Assembly (NCBI RefSeq): GCF_902713615.1
Contig: NW_024056028.1
Span: forward strand, 186,001 to 250,000
DNA: 64,000 nt
Direction: 5' to 3'
Origin: Scyliorhinus canicula
Taxonomy: Eukaryota
The notes beneath the pieces are model-generated. The model was not told the DNA's origin and made no database searches. It saw only the letters and a list, made by a program, of their open reading frames with translations. Of the stretch, positions 1-10,559 are shown piece after piece. The position numbers and the translations under genes are program-made. The number at the start of each line of letters is the position of its first letter. The stretch's first letter is position 1.

Positions 1-29
1 ACGTCATATTCTGCCAAGCCTATGTGGCT

Positions 30-127
30 AGGCAGTGGAGTAATGGTATTGTTACTGGGCGAGTAATCCAGAGACCCAGGTTAATGCTTTGGGGATCTGG
101 GATTGAATCTGCCTGTGACAGATGTTG
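30..127 (+). mobile_element. tRNA-derived SINE head fragment (DeuSINE/SacSINE-like)
   Basis: ggcagtggagtaatggtattgttactggg...gtaatccagagacccagg...gggattgaatct: A/B-box-like head resembling shark Deu-type SINEs; recognised from memory. Confidence 0.45.
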
Positions 128-294
128 AATAAAGGGGAGGTATTTTGTTTGTATGGATTTGTTTTTGTGTTTTATAAAATTAAAAATGTAATTAAAATAT
201 TTTCCAAAAAAAACATTCCTTTAAGATCTCAAAACTGTGGACTCAGTTCATGTGTGGGCTTCACTGCCTTTTGCTGAGGGATTTAAACATGAGC

Positions 295-756
295 ACAGGA
301 ACAGGCCCTTCAGCCCTCCAAGCCTGCACTGACCATGCTGCCCGTCTGAACTAAAAACCCCTATGCTTCCGGGGACCATATCCCTCTATTCCCATCCTAT
401 TCATATATTTGTCAAGACGTCACTATCGTATCCGCTTCCACTATCTCCCCCGGCAGCGAGTTCCAGGCTCCCATCACCCTCTGTTCAAAATGCTGGCCTC
501 ATACATCTCCTTTAAACCTTGCTCCTTGCATCTTAAACCTATGCCCGCTCATAATTGACCGTTGCAACCAAGGAAAAAGCTATCCACTCTGTCCAGGCCC
601 CTTATATTCTTATAGACTTCTATCAGGTCCCCCCTCAACCTCCGTCATTCCAATGAGAACAAACCAAGTTTCTCCAACCTATCCTGATAGCTAATGCCCT
701 CCATACCAGGCAACATCCTCGTAAATCTTTTCTGTACTGTCTCCAAAGCCTCGACA
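295..756 (-). mobile_element. CR1 LINE 3' fragment
   Basis: Reverse complement of a CR1 3' end (acaggaacaggcccttcagccc tail; ccataccaggcaacatcctcgtaaatc ORF2 C-terminus). Confidence 0.8.
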
Positions 757-799
757 AACTTATTTGATTTGATTTGTCACATGCACCAAAGTACAGTTT

Positions 800-3193
800 G
801 TAAGGAGCATCCAGGAGAGTTTTTTAGAGCAGTATGTAAATAGTCCAACTCGGGAAGGGGCCATACTGGACCTGGTATTGGGGAATGATCCCGGCCAGGT
901 GGTTGATGTTTCAGTCGGTGATTACTTTGGGAATAGCGATCACAATTCCATAAGTTTTAGAATACTCATGGACAAGGACAAGAGGGGTCCGAAAGGAAGA
1001 GTACTAAATTGGGGAAAGGCAGAGTATAACATAATTCGGCAGGAGCTAGGGAATGTGGATTGGAAGCAGCTGTTTAAGGGTAAATCCACATTTGAAATGT
1101 GGAAGTCTTTTAAGGAAAGGTTGATTAGAGTGCAGGACAGACATGTTCCTGTGAAAATGAAAGATAGAAATGGCAAGATTAGGGAACCATGGATGACGGG
1201 TGAAATTGTGAGACTAGCTCAGATGAAAAAGGAAGCATACATAGGATCGAGGCAACTCAAAACTGATGAAGCTTTGGAGGAATATCGGGAAAGTAGGACG
1301 AATCTCAAACGCGCAATAAAGAGGGCTAAAAGGGGTCATGAAATATCTTTGGCTAACAGGGTTAAGGAAAATCCCAAAGCATTTTATTCGTATGTAAGGA
1401 GCAAGAGGGTAACTAGAGAAAGGATTGGCCCACTTAAAGACAAAAGAGGGAATTTATGCATGGACTCAGAGGAAATGGGTGAGATTCTTAATGAGTACTT
1501 TGCATAGGTATTCACAAAGGAGAGGGACAAGACAGATGTTGAGGCTAGGGATGGATGTTTAAATACTCTCGGTCAAGTTGCCATACGGAAAGGGGAAGTT
1601 TTGGGTATTCTAAAAGACATTAAGGTGGACAAGTCCCCAGGACCGGATGGGATCTACCCAGGTTACTGAGGGAAGTGAGGGTCGAAATAGCTGGGGCCTT
1701 AACAGATATCTTTGCAGCATCCTTGAGCACGGGTGAGGTCCCAGAGGATTGGAGAATTGCTAATGTTGTCCCTTTGTTTAAGAAGGGTAGCAGGGATAAT
1801 CCAGGGAATTATAGACCTGTGAGCTTGACGTCAGTGGTAGGCAAACTGTTGGAGAAGATACTGAGGGATAGGATCTATTCACATCTGGAAGAAAATAGAC
1901 TTATCAGTGATAGGTAGCGTGGTTTTGTGCAGGGAAGGTCATATCTTACAAACGGAATTCTTTGAGGAAGTGACAAAGTTAATTGATGAGGGAAGGGCTG
2001 TAGATGTCGTATACATGGACTTTAGTAAGGTGTTTGATAAGGTTTTCCATGGCAGGTTGATGGAAAAAGTGAAGTCGTATGGGGTTCAGGGTGTACTAGC
2101 TAGATGGATAAAGAACTGGCTGGGCAACAGGAGACAGAGAGTAGTGGTGGAAGGGAGTGTCTCAAAATGGAGAAGGGTGACTAGTGGTGTTCCACAGGGA
2201 TCCGTGCTCGGACCACTGTTGTTTGTGATCGACATAAATGACCTGGAGGAAGGTATAGGTGGTCTGATTAGCAAGTTTGCAGATGATATTAAGATTGGTG
2301 GAGTTGCAGATAGCGAGGAGGACTGTCAGAGAATACAATAAAATATAGATAGATTGGAGAGTTGGGCAGAGAAATGGCAGATGGAGTTCAATCCAGGCAA
2401 ATGCGAGGTGATGCATTTTTGAAGATCAAATTCAAGAGCGGACTATATGGTCAATGGAAGGGTCTTGGGGAAAATTGATGTGCAGAGAGATCTGGGAGTT
2501 CAGGTCCATTGTACCCTGAAGTTGGCAACACAGGTTGATAGAGTGGTAAAGAAGGCATACAGCATGCTTGCCTTCATCGGACGGGGTATTGAGTACAAGA
2601 GTTGGCAGGTCATGTTACAGTTGTATAGGACTTTGGTTCGGCCACATTTGGAATACTGCGTGCAGTTCTGGTCGCCACATTACCAGAAGGATGTGGATGC
2701 CTTGGAGAGGGTGCAGAGGAGGTTCACCAGGATGTTGCCTGGTATAGAGGGTGCTAGCTATGAAGAAAGGTTAAGTAGATTAGGATTGTTTTCGTTGGAA
2801 AGACGGAGGTTGAGGGGGGACCTGATTGAGGTCTACAAAATTATGAGAGGTATGGACAGGGTGGATAGCAACAAGCTTTTCCCAAGAGTGGGGGTGTCAG
2901 TTACAAGGGGTCACGATTTTAAAGTGAGGGGGAAAGTTTAAGGGAGATGTGCGTGGAAAGTTTTTTTACGCAGAGGGTGGTGGGTGCCTGGAACGCTTTA
3001 CCAGCGGAGGTGGTCGAGGCGGGCACGTTAGCATCATTTAAGATGCATCTGGACAGATATATGAACGGGCGGGAACAGAGGGAAGTAGACCTTGGAAAAT
3101 AGGAGAGGTTTAGATAAAGGATCTGGATCGGCGCAGGCTGGGAGGGCCGAAGGGCCTGTTCCTGTGCTGTAATTTTCTTTGTTCTTTGTTCTT
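800..3193 (+). mobile_element. 5'-truncated CR1 LINE, ORF2 (reverse transcriptase) disrupted
   Basis: ORFs 878-1507, 1675-1917, 1907-2341 and 2447-2941 carry CR1 motifs ([46 protein letters not shown]); stops and frameshifts between them; tail ttctttgttctttgttctt. Confidence 0.95.
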
Positions 3194-3756
3194 GAGACAC
3201 CATCAACTACAGGGACATCTCAGTCCTTGGAGTCAGGGGAAGTCCTTCACTTCGGTGATGTTTAAAAGATTCATCTACTTGCAAACTGAGTTTATCCAGA
3301 AGCACAGTGCGGTTTCTGTGCTGACAGATCTACAGTGAACATGATCTTCTCCACACACCAGCTACAAGGGAAGTGAACAATTGGGATTTGCTCTAAAGTG
3401 TCAGTGCTGAGAAAGTGAAAAGTTCTAATTACTGAGAGAAAGTAAACCTTTCAGTGTGAACCACAATTTACTGGGACAATTGGAAAAGGCACCAAAATGT
3501 TTCAATCTCTGAAGATAAACTTCAGCCTTGAAGTTATGTTTTGGAGCTCATAAGCTGTGGAAATCTTTGTGAATGTTTCCTCTTCCCTTTTGTAAACAAG
3601 CAGAGAAGTTAACCCTTTCCCCTGACAGCATGGCAATGATTTGAAATAAAGACGTTGACTTTTAAAGATTCGACTTCATCCCATTTGTCGGGGTCATATT
3701 CCCGTGCGAATCATCGCGGGCAGGATGGAAATTTGCCAAATTGTTTTATAATCCTA

Positions 3757-4195
3757 ACTTTTATTGTCACAAGTAGTCTTACATTAACACTGCAATGAAG
3801 TTACAGTGAAAAGTCCCCAATCAGCACATTCAGCCTGTTCAGGTACACAGAGGGTGAATTCAGAATTGTCATGTGAGAGTACCTTTAAGAACTGGGTGTT
3901 TATCAAATAGCTGTCGTGAAGACTGACAGCCCAGCTCCACCCACACTCTGATATCACTGCAGCTATTTGATAAACAGCCAGTTCTTAAAGGTACTCTCAT
4001 ATGACAGAATGTCCAAATTACCTAACAGCACTTCTTTCGGGATTTGTGGGGGGAAGCCGGAGCACCCGGAGGAAACCCACGCAGACACGGGGAGAACGTG
4101 CAGATTCCGCACAGACAGTGACCCAAACCGGAATCGAACCTGGGACACCTCGCACTGTGAAGCAACTGTGCTAATCACTGCAACAGTGCCACCCC
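3757..4195 (-). mobile_element. HE1-type SINE (gcctacttgtgacaataa-tail variant), interrupted by a MITE
   Basis: HE1 core ggaaaccggagcacccggaggaaacccacgcagacacggggagaacgtgcag in reverse. Confidence 0.85.
3867..4006. mobile_element. 140-bp MITE-like element, 47-bp TIRs, TG...CA ends, 4-bp TSD
   Basis: TIRs 3867-3913 and 3960-4006 with 2 mismatches; TSD gaat at 3863-3866 and 4007-4010; splits the SINE sequence cagaat|gtcc. Confidence 0.9.
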
Positions 4196-4263
4196 TTTAA
4201 AGGTCCTTTACCTTGGGCTGGAATTTCCAGTCTTGGGTTGGGGGAGGAGGGGTTGGCAGGGGT

Positions 4264-4297
<34 letters not shown>

Positions 4298-4324
4298 AGA
4301 AACGCAACAGCAAAAAAAATCCCT

Positions 4325-4470
4325 TCCCACTCTTGGAGCAGTGAATCGTCACTCTCCAGTGTGAGTGCGTTGGTGAGTCAGCAAATCCATTTTGCTTCTA
4401 AAGTTCTTCTCACAGTCAGAACACATAAAATGTTTTGTGTCAGAGTGAACATGTTGGTGTGAAGTGAGAT
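4325..4470 (-). pseudogene. C2H2 zinc-finger fragment
   Basis: Minus strand reads HLTSHQHVHSDTKHFMCSDCEKNFRSKMDLLTHQRTHTGE* followed by a frameshift. Confidence 0.75.
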
Positions 4471-4703
4471 GGGTTAGAGTTATAGGGTTTTACAGCACAA
4501 AACAAGGCCCTTTGTCCCATTGTGTCTGTGCCGGCTATCAAGCACCAATCTATTCTAATCTCAGTTTCAGGGATTATTAACATCAACTCAAACAAACTCC
4601 AGCTGTCAGAATGAACATGGTTCTGGCCTGGATGTGATTTTGGTTCAGTCCTGGATGTGATTTTGGTTCTGTCCTGGATGTTATTAACATCAATAACAGC
4701 AGA

Positions 4704-5190
4704 GTCCTGGAGGCACTAGTGAACTCGCTGATGTGTCTGCAGGGTGGATGACCTAATGAGTCCCTCTCCACACAGGGAACAGATGAACACTCCCTCACTG
4801 GTGTGAATGCGCTGGTGTTTCAGCCGGAGGGACTGCTCAGTGAATCCCTTCCCACACACGGAGCAGGTGAACGGTCTCTCTCCAGTGTGACTGCGCTGGT
4901 GAATCAGCAGGTCCATTTTGCCTTTGAAGCTTTTCTCTCAGGCGGAATATTTAAAAGGTCTCGTGTCAGAGTGAACACGTTGGTGGGAAGTGAGGTGGGC
5001 AGACTGAGTGAATCCCTTCCCAGACTTCAGGCAGGTGAATGGTCCCTCCCCCCCACAGTGTGAATGCGCTGGCGTCTCATCGGGATTGATAACTGAGTGA
5101 ATCCCTTTGCACTCATAGAACAAGTGAATGGTCTCTCCCCAGTGTCAACTCGCTGGTGATCCAACAGTTTGCGTAACTGAGTGAATCCCA
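4704..5190 (-). pseudogene. Degenerate C2H2 zinc-finger array (about 5 fingers)
   Basis: ORF 4716-4916 [16 protein letters not shown]...HQRIH; upstream fingers have lost Cys residues, carry a frameshift and a stop; no 5' exon start. Confidence 0.9.
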
Positions 5191-5300
5191 TCAATACATA
5201 ATTTAGTTATATTCAAACAGAGCATATGAATATTAATTAAACTGTACACTAATCTTTTTCACAGTCGCTCAACATGAGGAGAAAAGTAATAGGACTCATA

Positions 5301-5490
5301 GGGGCTGTTTAGTACAGGGCTAAATCGCTGGCTTTGAAAGCAGACCAAGCAGGCCAGCAGCACGGTTCGATTCCCGCAACAGCCTCCCCGAACAGGTGCC
5401 GGAATGTGGCGACTACGGGCTTTTCACAGTAACTTCATTTGAAGCCTACTCGTGACAATAAGCGATTTTCATTTAATTTTTTCATTTCAT
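5301..5490 (+). mobile_element. Short SINE family 2 (gggctaaatcgctggctt head)
   Basis: Near-identical copies at 10870, 29588 and 54500; ttcgattcc B-box-like motif; (catttt)n tail. Confidence 0.75.
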
Positions 5491-5740
5491 GGACAAGTTG
5501 AGCTCTGAGAGGGCATGAGGGGAGATGGGAGAGAAACTAGAGAAAGATGTGGGTTCAGGGCTCGGGAAAGGATGACTTTTAGAGACAGTTTGGTCCGGTG
5601 GGCTCGTGGAAGGGAGGGAAGCAGCAGAGGCAGCTGATCGGATTGACTGAATCTCAGTCACAAAGAGGCTCCACAAGCTCCTCACACTTCTTGTTGGAGA
5701 TGTGGATGGAAGATACAGGGGAGAGCGAGAGAACTTCAAA
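5490..5740 (-). mobile_element. L2-like LINE ORF2 fragment
   Basis: ORF 5482-5739 FVTEIQSIRSAASAASLPS...FSSFSPISPHALSEL; homologous to 28810-29020 on the + strand. Confidence 0.6.
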
Positions 5741-5932
5741 AGGAACTAACTTGTGTCAGTGTAATTAAAAAGTTTCAACACACTGCGTATTTCACACAGA
5801 TTTAATTTATTTGACTTTTAGTCAGAATATTAGCCCCTGTAAATGGGCTGGAGTTTGTTATCAGCAGAAAGAGACCCAAATTAACATGGTTCAGTCCTGA
5901 TAGTGAGGAACAGCAAAACCCAATCACTGTGG

Positions 5933-6886
5933 TTACTTGTGGCCTCGCTGGTGTCTCAGCAGGTGGGATAACTGAGTGAATCCCTTCCCACATTCTGAGC
6001 AGGTGAATGGTCTCTCCCCAGTGTGAATTCGATAGTGGTTCTGCAGGGTGGATGACTGAGTGAATCCCTTCCCACACTCGGAGCAGGCGAATGGTCTCGC
6101 CCCAGTGTGAATGCGCTGGTGTGTGGAGAGAGCGGATGACTGAGTGAATCCCTTCCCACACTTAGAGCAGGTAAACGGTCTCTCCCCGGTGTGAATTTGC
6201 TGGTGTGCAGTGAGGTGAAATGATCGTCTGAACCCAGTCCCGCAGTGAGAGCACCTAAACGGCTTCTCTTCAGTGTGAACACGTTGATGGCTCATCAGAT
6301 TCCCAGAACTTTTATAGCACTTCCCGCAGTCTGGACATTGAAACGGTCTCTCATCGGTGTGAACTCGCTGGTGATTCAGCAGGCGGGCTGAAATAGTAAA
6401 TCCCTTCCCACACTTGGAGCAGGTGAATGGCCTCTCCCCAGTGTGACTTCGCTGATGTACAGTGAGGTCAGATGATCGTCTGAACCCAGTCCCACAGTGA
6501 GAGCATCTAAACGGTCTCTCATCAGTGTGAACACGTTGATGGCGCATCAGTTCTGCAGAACTTTTATAGCACTTCCCGCAATCTGGACATTGAAACGGTC
6601 TCTCATCAGTGTGAACTCGCTGATGATTCAGCAGGTGGGATGACTTAGTAAATCCCTTCTCACACTTGGAGCAGGTGAACGGTCTCTCCCCAGTGTGACT
6701 GCGTCGATGGGTTTCCAGCTTGGATGGGACAGTGAATGCCTTCCCACAGTCCACACATTTCCACGGTTTCTCCTCGGTGTGACTGCATTTGTGGCTTGTG
6801 AGGTCTGATGATTGAATGAATCCTCGTCCACACACACAACACGTGTACGGTTTCCCCGCACTGTGAACGATGCTTTCTCTTTCCAT
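5933..6886 (-). CDS. C2H2 zinc-finger protein, 11 tandem fingers, 317 aa, no KRAB domain seen (ZNF-A)
   Basis: Open ORF with 11 CxxC...HxxxH fingers and TGERPF/TDERPF linkers; exon acceptor tttcacag at 7081-7082. Confidence 0.92.
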   Translation of the reverse strand: MERESIVHSAGKPYTCCVCGRGFIQSSDLTSHKCSHTEEKPWKCVDCGKAFTVPSKLETHRRSHTGERPFTCSKCEKGFTKSSHLLNHQRVHTDERPFQCPDCGKCYKSSAELMRHQRVHTDERPFRCSHCGTGFRRSSDLTVHQRSHTGERPFTCSKCGKGFTISARLLNHQRVHTDERPFQCPDCGKCYKSSGNLMSHQRVHTEEKPFRCSHCGTGFRRSFHLTAHQQIHTGERPFTCSKCGKGFTQSSALSTHQRIHTGARPFACSECGKGFTQSSTLQNHYRIHTGERPFTCSECGKGFTQLSHLLRHQRGHK

Positions 6887-6966
6887 GTTCAGTGATATTT
6901 CGATGATGTTCAGGATATGATAAATTGAGGACTCTGTCAGATCCTGATGTGATGCTTGGTTTGCCT

Positions 6967-7050
6967 TCCCGAACAGGCGCCAGAATGTGGCGACTAGGGG
7001 CTTTTCACAGTAACTTCATCGCGACAATAAGCGATTTTCATTTTCATTCT
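6967..7050 (+). mobile_element. SINE 3' tail fragment inserted in the ZNF-A exon leader
   Basis: ccgaacaggcgccagaatgtggcgactaggggcttttcacagtaacttcat...gacaataagcgattttcatt lies between the acceptor (7081) and the ATG (6886). Confidence 0.65.
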
Positions 7051-7374
7051 CCAGACTTTGAAACATCCCCTTCGACCACCCTGTGAAATGGATTCAAAAC
7101 AGAAAACAGGGAGTGAGAGAGAACCCACAGAAACACAAAGGCAGGTTGTGAAATTGAGCTGAATGAATCTGGTCATTTGTGGGGACGGCACTGGGAAAAA
7201 GTGACCATGAAAACTGCTGGATTGTCATAAAAACCCAACTGGCCTCTTTTTGAGGAGAGAGAAAGAGGTGAAGAGGGATTTTATACAGCTACAAGACATA
7301 TTAATCGGGTAGTTGGAAAATCAAATTCGATCTTGAGCTTCATAAACCGTAATATTGATACCAAAACTATGCTT

Positions 7375-7700
7375 CTGGTGGCACGGTGATTAGCACTGCT
7401 GCCTCACAGCGCCAGGGACTCGGGTTCAATTCCGTGGTGACTGTGTGGAGTTTGCACTTTCTCCCCGTCTCTGCGTGGGTTTCCACCCAGTGCTCAGGTT
7501 TTCTCCAACAGTCTGAAGAAGGGCAAGTTCAGTGGATTGGCCTTGATAAATTGCCCCTTAGTGTCCAGGGATGTGCAGGTTCGGTGGGGCTATAGGGTTA
7601 GAGAGACATGGTAGGAGTGTGGGCCTAGGCATGGTGTCCTTTCAGAGAATAGGTGCAGACCAGATGGGCCGAATGGCCCCAATTTTGCACTTAAGAATTC
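7375..7700 (+). mobile_element. HE1 SINE
   Basis: ggtggcacggtgattagcactgctgcctcacagcgccaggg head, HE1 core and ctatggttcta tail. Confidence 0.85.
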
Positions 7701-8316
7701 TATGGTTCTAATTCTATTCTATGAATCTTTATAAAGCTCTGGTCACCACTCTTCAGGAAGGATGTGAAGGTTCTTGGAGAAGGTGCAGAGGGGATTTACC
7801 AGAATGGATCCAGCAGAGGAGGTTGAGGGGAGATTTGATTGAGGGACACAAGATTGTCAGATTTCGATCAGGTGGGCAAAGATCGTACAAGCAGCCGAGA
7901 CACAGATTTAAAGTTTTGGGTAAAACCTGGATATAAGATCCTGAGGGGTCTTGACAGGTTGATGTGGAGAGGATGTTTCCTGATGTGGGAGAATCTGGAA
8001 CAAGGGGCTCACTGTTGCAAAATGAGGGGTCACCCATTTCAGATGGGGATAAGGATTTGTTTTTCTCTTGAGGGTTGCAAGACAGTGGGTAGCATAGTGG
8101 TTAGCACTGCTGCCTCACAGCACCAGGGACCCAGGTCCAATTCCCACCCTGACTGTGTGGAGTTTGCACTTCCTCCCCGTGTCTATGTGGGTTTCCTCCG
8201 GGTGCTCCGGTTTCCTCCCACAGTTCAAAGATGTGCAGGTTAGGTTGAATCGGTTCGGATTATATTCGCTGGAGTTCAGAAAAACGAGGGGGGATCTCAC
8301 AGGAACGTATAAAAAG

Positions 8317-8500
8317 TGGGTGGCGCAGTCGTTAGAACTGCTGCCTCATGTCGCCGAGAGCCCGGGTTCGATCCCGGCCCCAGGTCACTGTCTGTGTGGA
8401 GTTTGCACAGTCTCCCTGTGTTTGCGTGGGTCTCACCCCACGCTAAAGTTGCCCCCTAATTGCAAAAAAAGAATTGGACACTCTAAATTTAGGTTAAAAA
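8317..8500 (+). mobile_element. Short HE1 variant
   Basis: gggtggcgcagtcgttagaactgctgcctc head; aattggacactctaaattt tail with A run. Confidence 0.8.
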
Positions 8501-8594
8501 AAAACAAGGCAAGACAGAGTAGATTCAGGAAGGATGTTCCCGATAGTGGGTGTGTCCAGAAATAGGGGTCACAGTCTGAGGATACAGGGTAGAC

Positions 8595-8992
8595 CAGGGG
8601 TGGGCAAACTACGGCCCGCGGGCCGCATGCGGCCCGCCAAAGGTATTTCTGCGGCCCACCAAGTCATTAAAAAAAAAAAAAAAAAAAAATTTTCTAAAAA
8701 AATTTTTTTTTTTTTTTTTAAAATTTTTTTTTTTAAAGGTTAATGGGTGGGGGGGCTGTTGGATTACTTACTGGCATAGGGTGGATACGTTGACTTGAGT
8801 AGGGTGATCATTGCTTGGCACAACGTCGAGGGCCGAAGGGCCTGTTCTGTGCTGTACTGTTCTATGTTCTATATGAGGCGCCCAGAATCATAACCGGGTG
8901 AAGTAATTATTTTACTTAATATACTATGCGGCCCTTTGTGAATTGTGAATTTCTGAATGCGGCCCTTGCACGGAAAAGTTTGCCCACCCCTG
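8595..8992. mobile_element. hAT (Charlie-like) non-autonomous DNA transposon / MITE
   Basis: Perfect 16-bp TIR caggggtgggcaaact / agtttgcccacccctg; 8-bp TSD gggtagac at 8587-8594 and 8993-9000; subterminal gcggccc repeats. Confidence 0.93.
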
Positions 8993-9015
8993 GGGTAGAC
9001 CATTTAGGACAGAGA

Positions 9016-9361
9016 TAGAACATAGAACAGTACAGCACAGAACAGGCCCTTCTGCCCTCAATGTTGTGCCGAGCCATGATCACCCCACTCAAACCCACGT
9101 ATCCACCCTATACCCGTAACCTAACAACCCCCCCCCCCTTAACCTTACTTTTATTAGGACACTACGGGCAATTTAGCATGGCCAATCCACCTAACCCGCA
9201 CATCTTTGGACTGTGGGGGGAAACCGGAGCACCCGGAGGAAACCCACGCACACAGGGGGAGGACGTGCAGACTCCACACAGACAGTGACCCAGCCGGGAA
9301 TCGAACCTGGGACCCTGGAGCTGTGAAGCATTTATGCTAACCACCATGCTACCCTGCTGCC
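9016..9361 (-). mobile_element. HE1 SINE, full length
   Basis: atagaacatagaac tail through to gctaccctgctgccc head; nearly identical to 24969-25305. Confidence 0.92.
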
Positions 9362-9814
9362 CGAGGAGAAATTTCTTCATCCAGAGAGTGGTGAGCCTGT
9401 GGAATTCGTCGGCACAGGAACTAATGAGGGCCAAAACATTGCATGTTTACAGGAAATAGTTAGATACAGCACTGAGGGTGAAGGGGATCAAAGGATATGG
9501 GGGGAAAGCGGGATTAGGCTATTGATTAGCTCTGATTGTAATGAATGGTGGAGCAGGCTCGAAGGGCCAAATGGTCTCCTCCTGCTCCTATTTTCTATGT
9601 TGCTGCATATCTATGCATGTAAATGGTCCAGGAAGTATGAGGAAGAATGTTTTTACACAGCCAGTGGCAATGACCTTAAACTTGCTGCCTATGACAGAGT
9701 TTGGAAACAGACACAATAAATGATTTTTTTTTAATTGGATAGAAACCTGAGAGAAATAAAGCTGTTTGGATACAGAGACAGAGCAGGAGAATGACTCTGA
9801 CTGGATTGCTCCAG

Positions 9815-10092
9815 ATAATAATAATCTTTATTAATGTCACAAGTAGGCTTATATTAACACTGCAATGGAGTTACTGTGAAAATCCCCAAGTCGTCACACT
9901 CCGGCGCCTGTTCGGGTACACAGAGGGAGAATTCAGAATGTCCAATTCACTTGTGGGAGGAAACCGGAGCACCTGGAGGAAACCCACACAGCCACGGGGA
10001 GAACGTGCGGACTCCGCACAAACAGTGACCCAAGCCGGGAATCGAACCCGGGTCCCTGGTGCTGTGAAACAACAGTGCTAACCACCGTGCAG
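9815..10092 (-). mobile_element. HE1 SINE variant
   Basis: Tail tgtcacaagtaggct and HE1 core in reverse. Confidence 0.85.
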
Positions 10093-10164
10093 ATTAGAGA
10101 GCTAGCATGGACTCAATGGACTGAATGCCCTTCTCTGCTCATAATGACTAACATTTTTTGTTTT

Positions 10165-10398
10165 TCTAAATTTTTAAAATAAATTTAGAGTACCCAATTC
10201 ATTTTTCCCAATCCACCTACCCTGCACATCTTTGGGCTGTGAGGGCGAAACACACGCAAACAATGTGCAAACTGCACATGGACAGCGACCCAGAGCCGGG
10301 ATCGAACCTGCGACCTCGGCGCTGTGAGGCAGCAGGGCTACCAGGGACCTCGGCGCCGTGAGGCAGCAGTGCTACTCACTGCGCCACCGTGCTGCCAG
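10165..10398 (-). mobile_element. Short HE1 variant
   Basis: tttagagtacccaattc tail and gcgccaccgtgctgcc head in reverse. Confidence 0.85.
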
Positions 10399-10559
10399 CT
10401 GACTCTGACATTTTTGTGTAATCTCGCTTTGTAATTTATCCCCGGGGGGTTCAGATATCACTCGGGTAAATCTGAGCTACACTCCCTCAGAGGCCATTCT
10501 TTCCTTCCTCAGATTTGTTGCCCAGAACTGTTCTCCAGGTTTGGTCTAACCAGGGTTTG

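Larger units (their letters stand above)
8250..9600 (+). mobile_element. CR1 3' end hosting three nested insertions
   Basis: CR1 C-terminal sequence resumes after each insertion (aggatacagggtagac|catttaggacagagat|gaggagaaatttcttc). Confidence 0.8.

Noticed and set aside
4269-4297. Poly-G runs (also about 36696-36726 and 45122-45140) as G-quadruplex elements
   Set aside because: Homopolymers of uncertain length, prone to slippage and sequencing error; no supporting context.
9061-9434. Many 60-130 aa ORFs with GFPPGAPVS or GGNRSTRRKP motifs across the window
   Set aside because: Translations of HE1 SINE copies.
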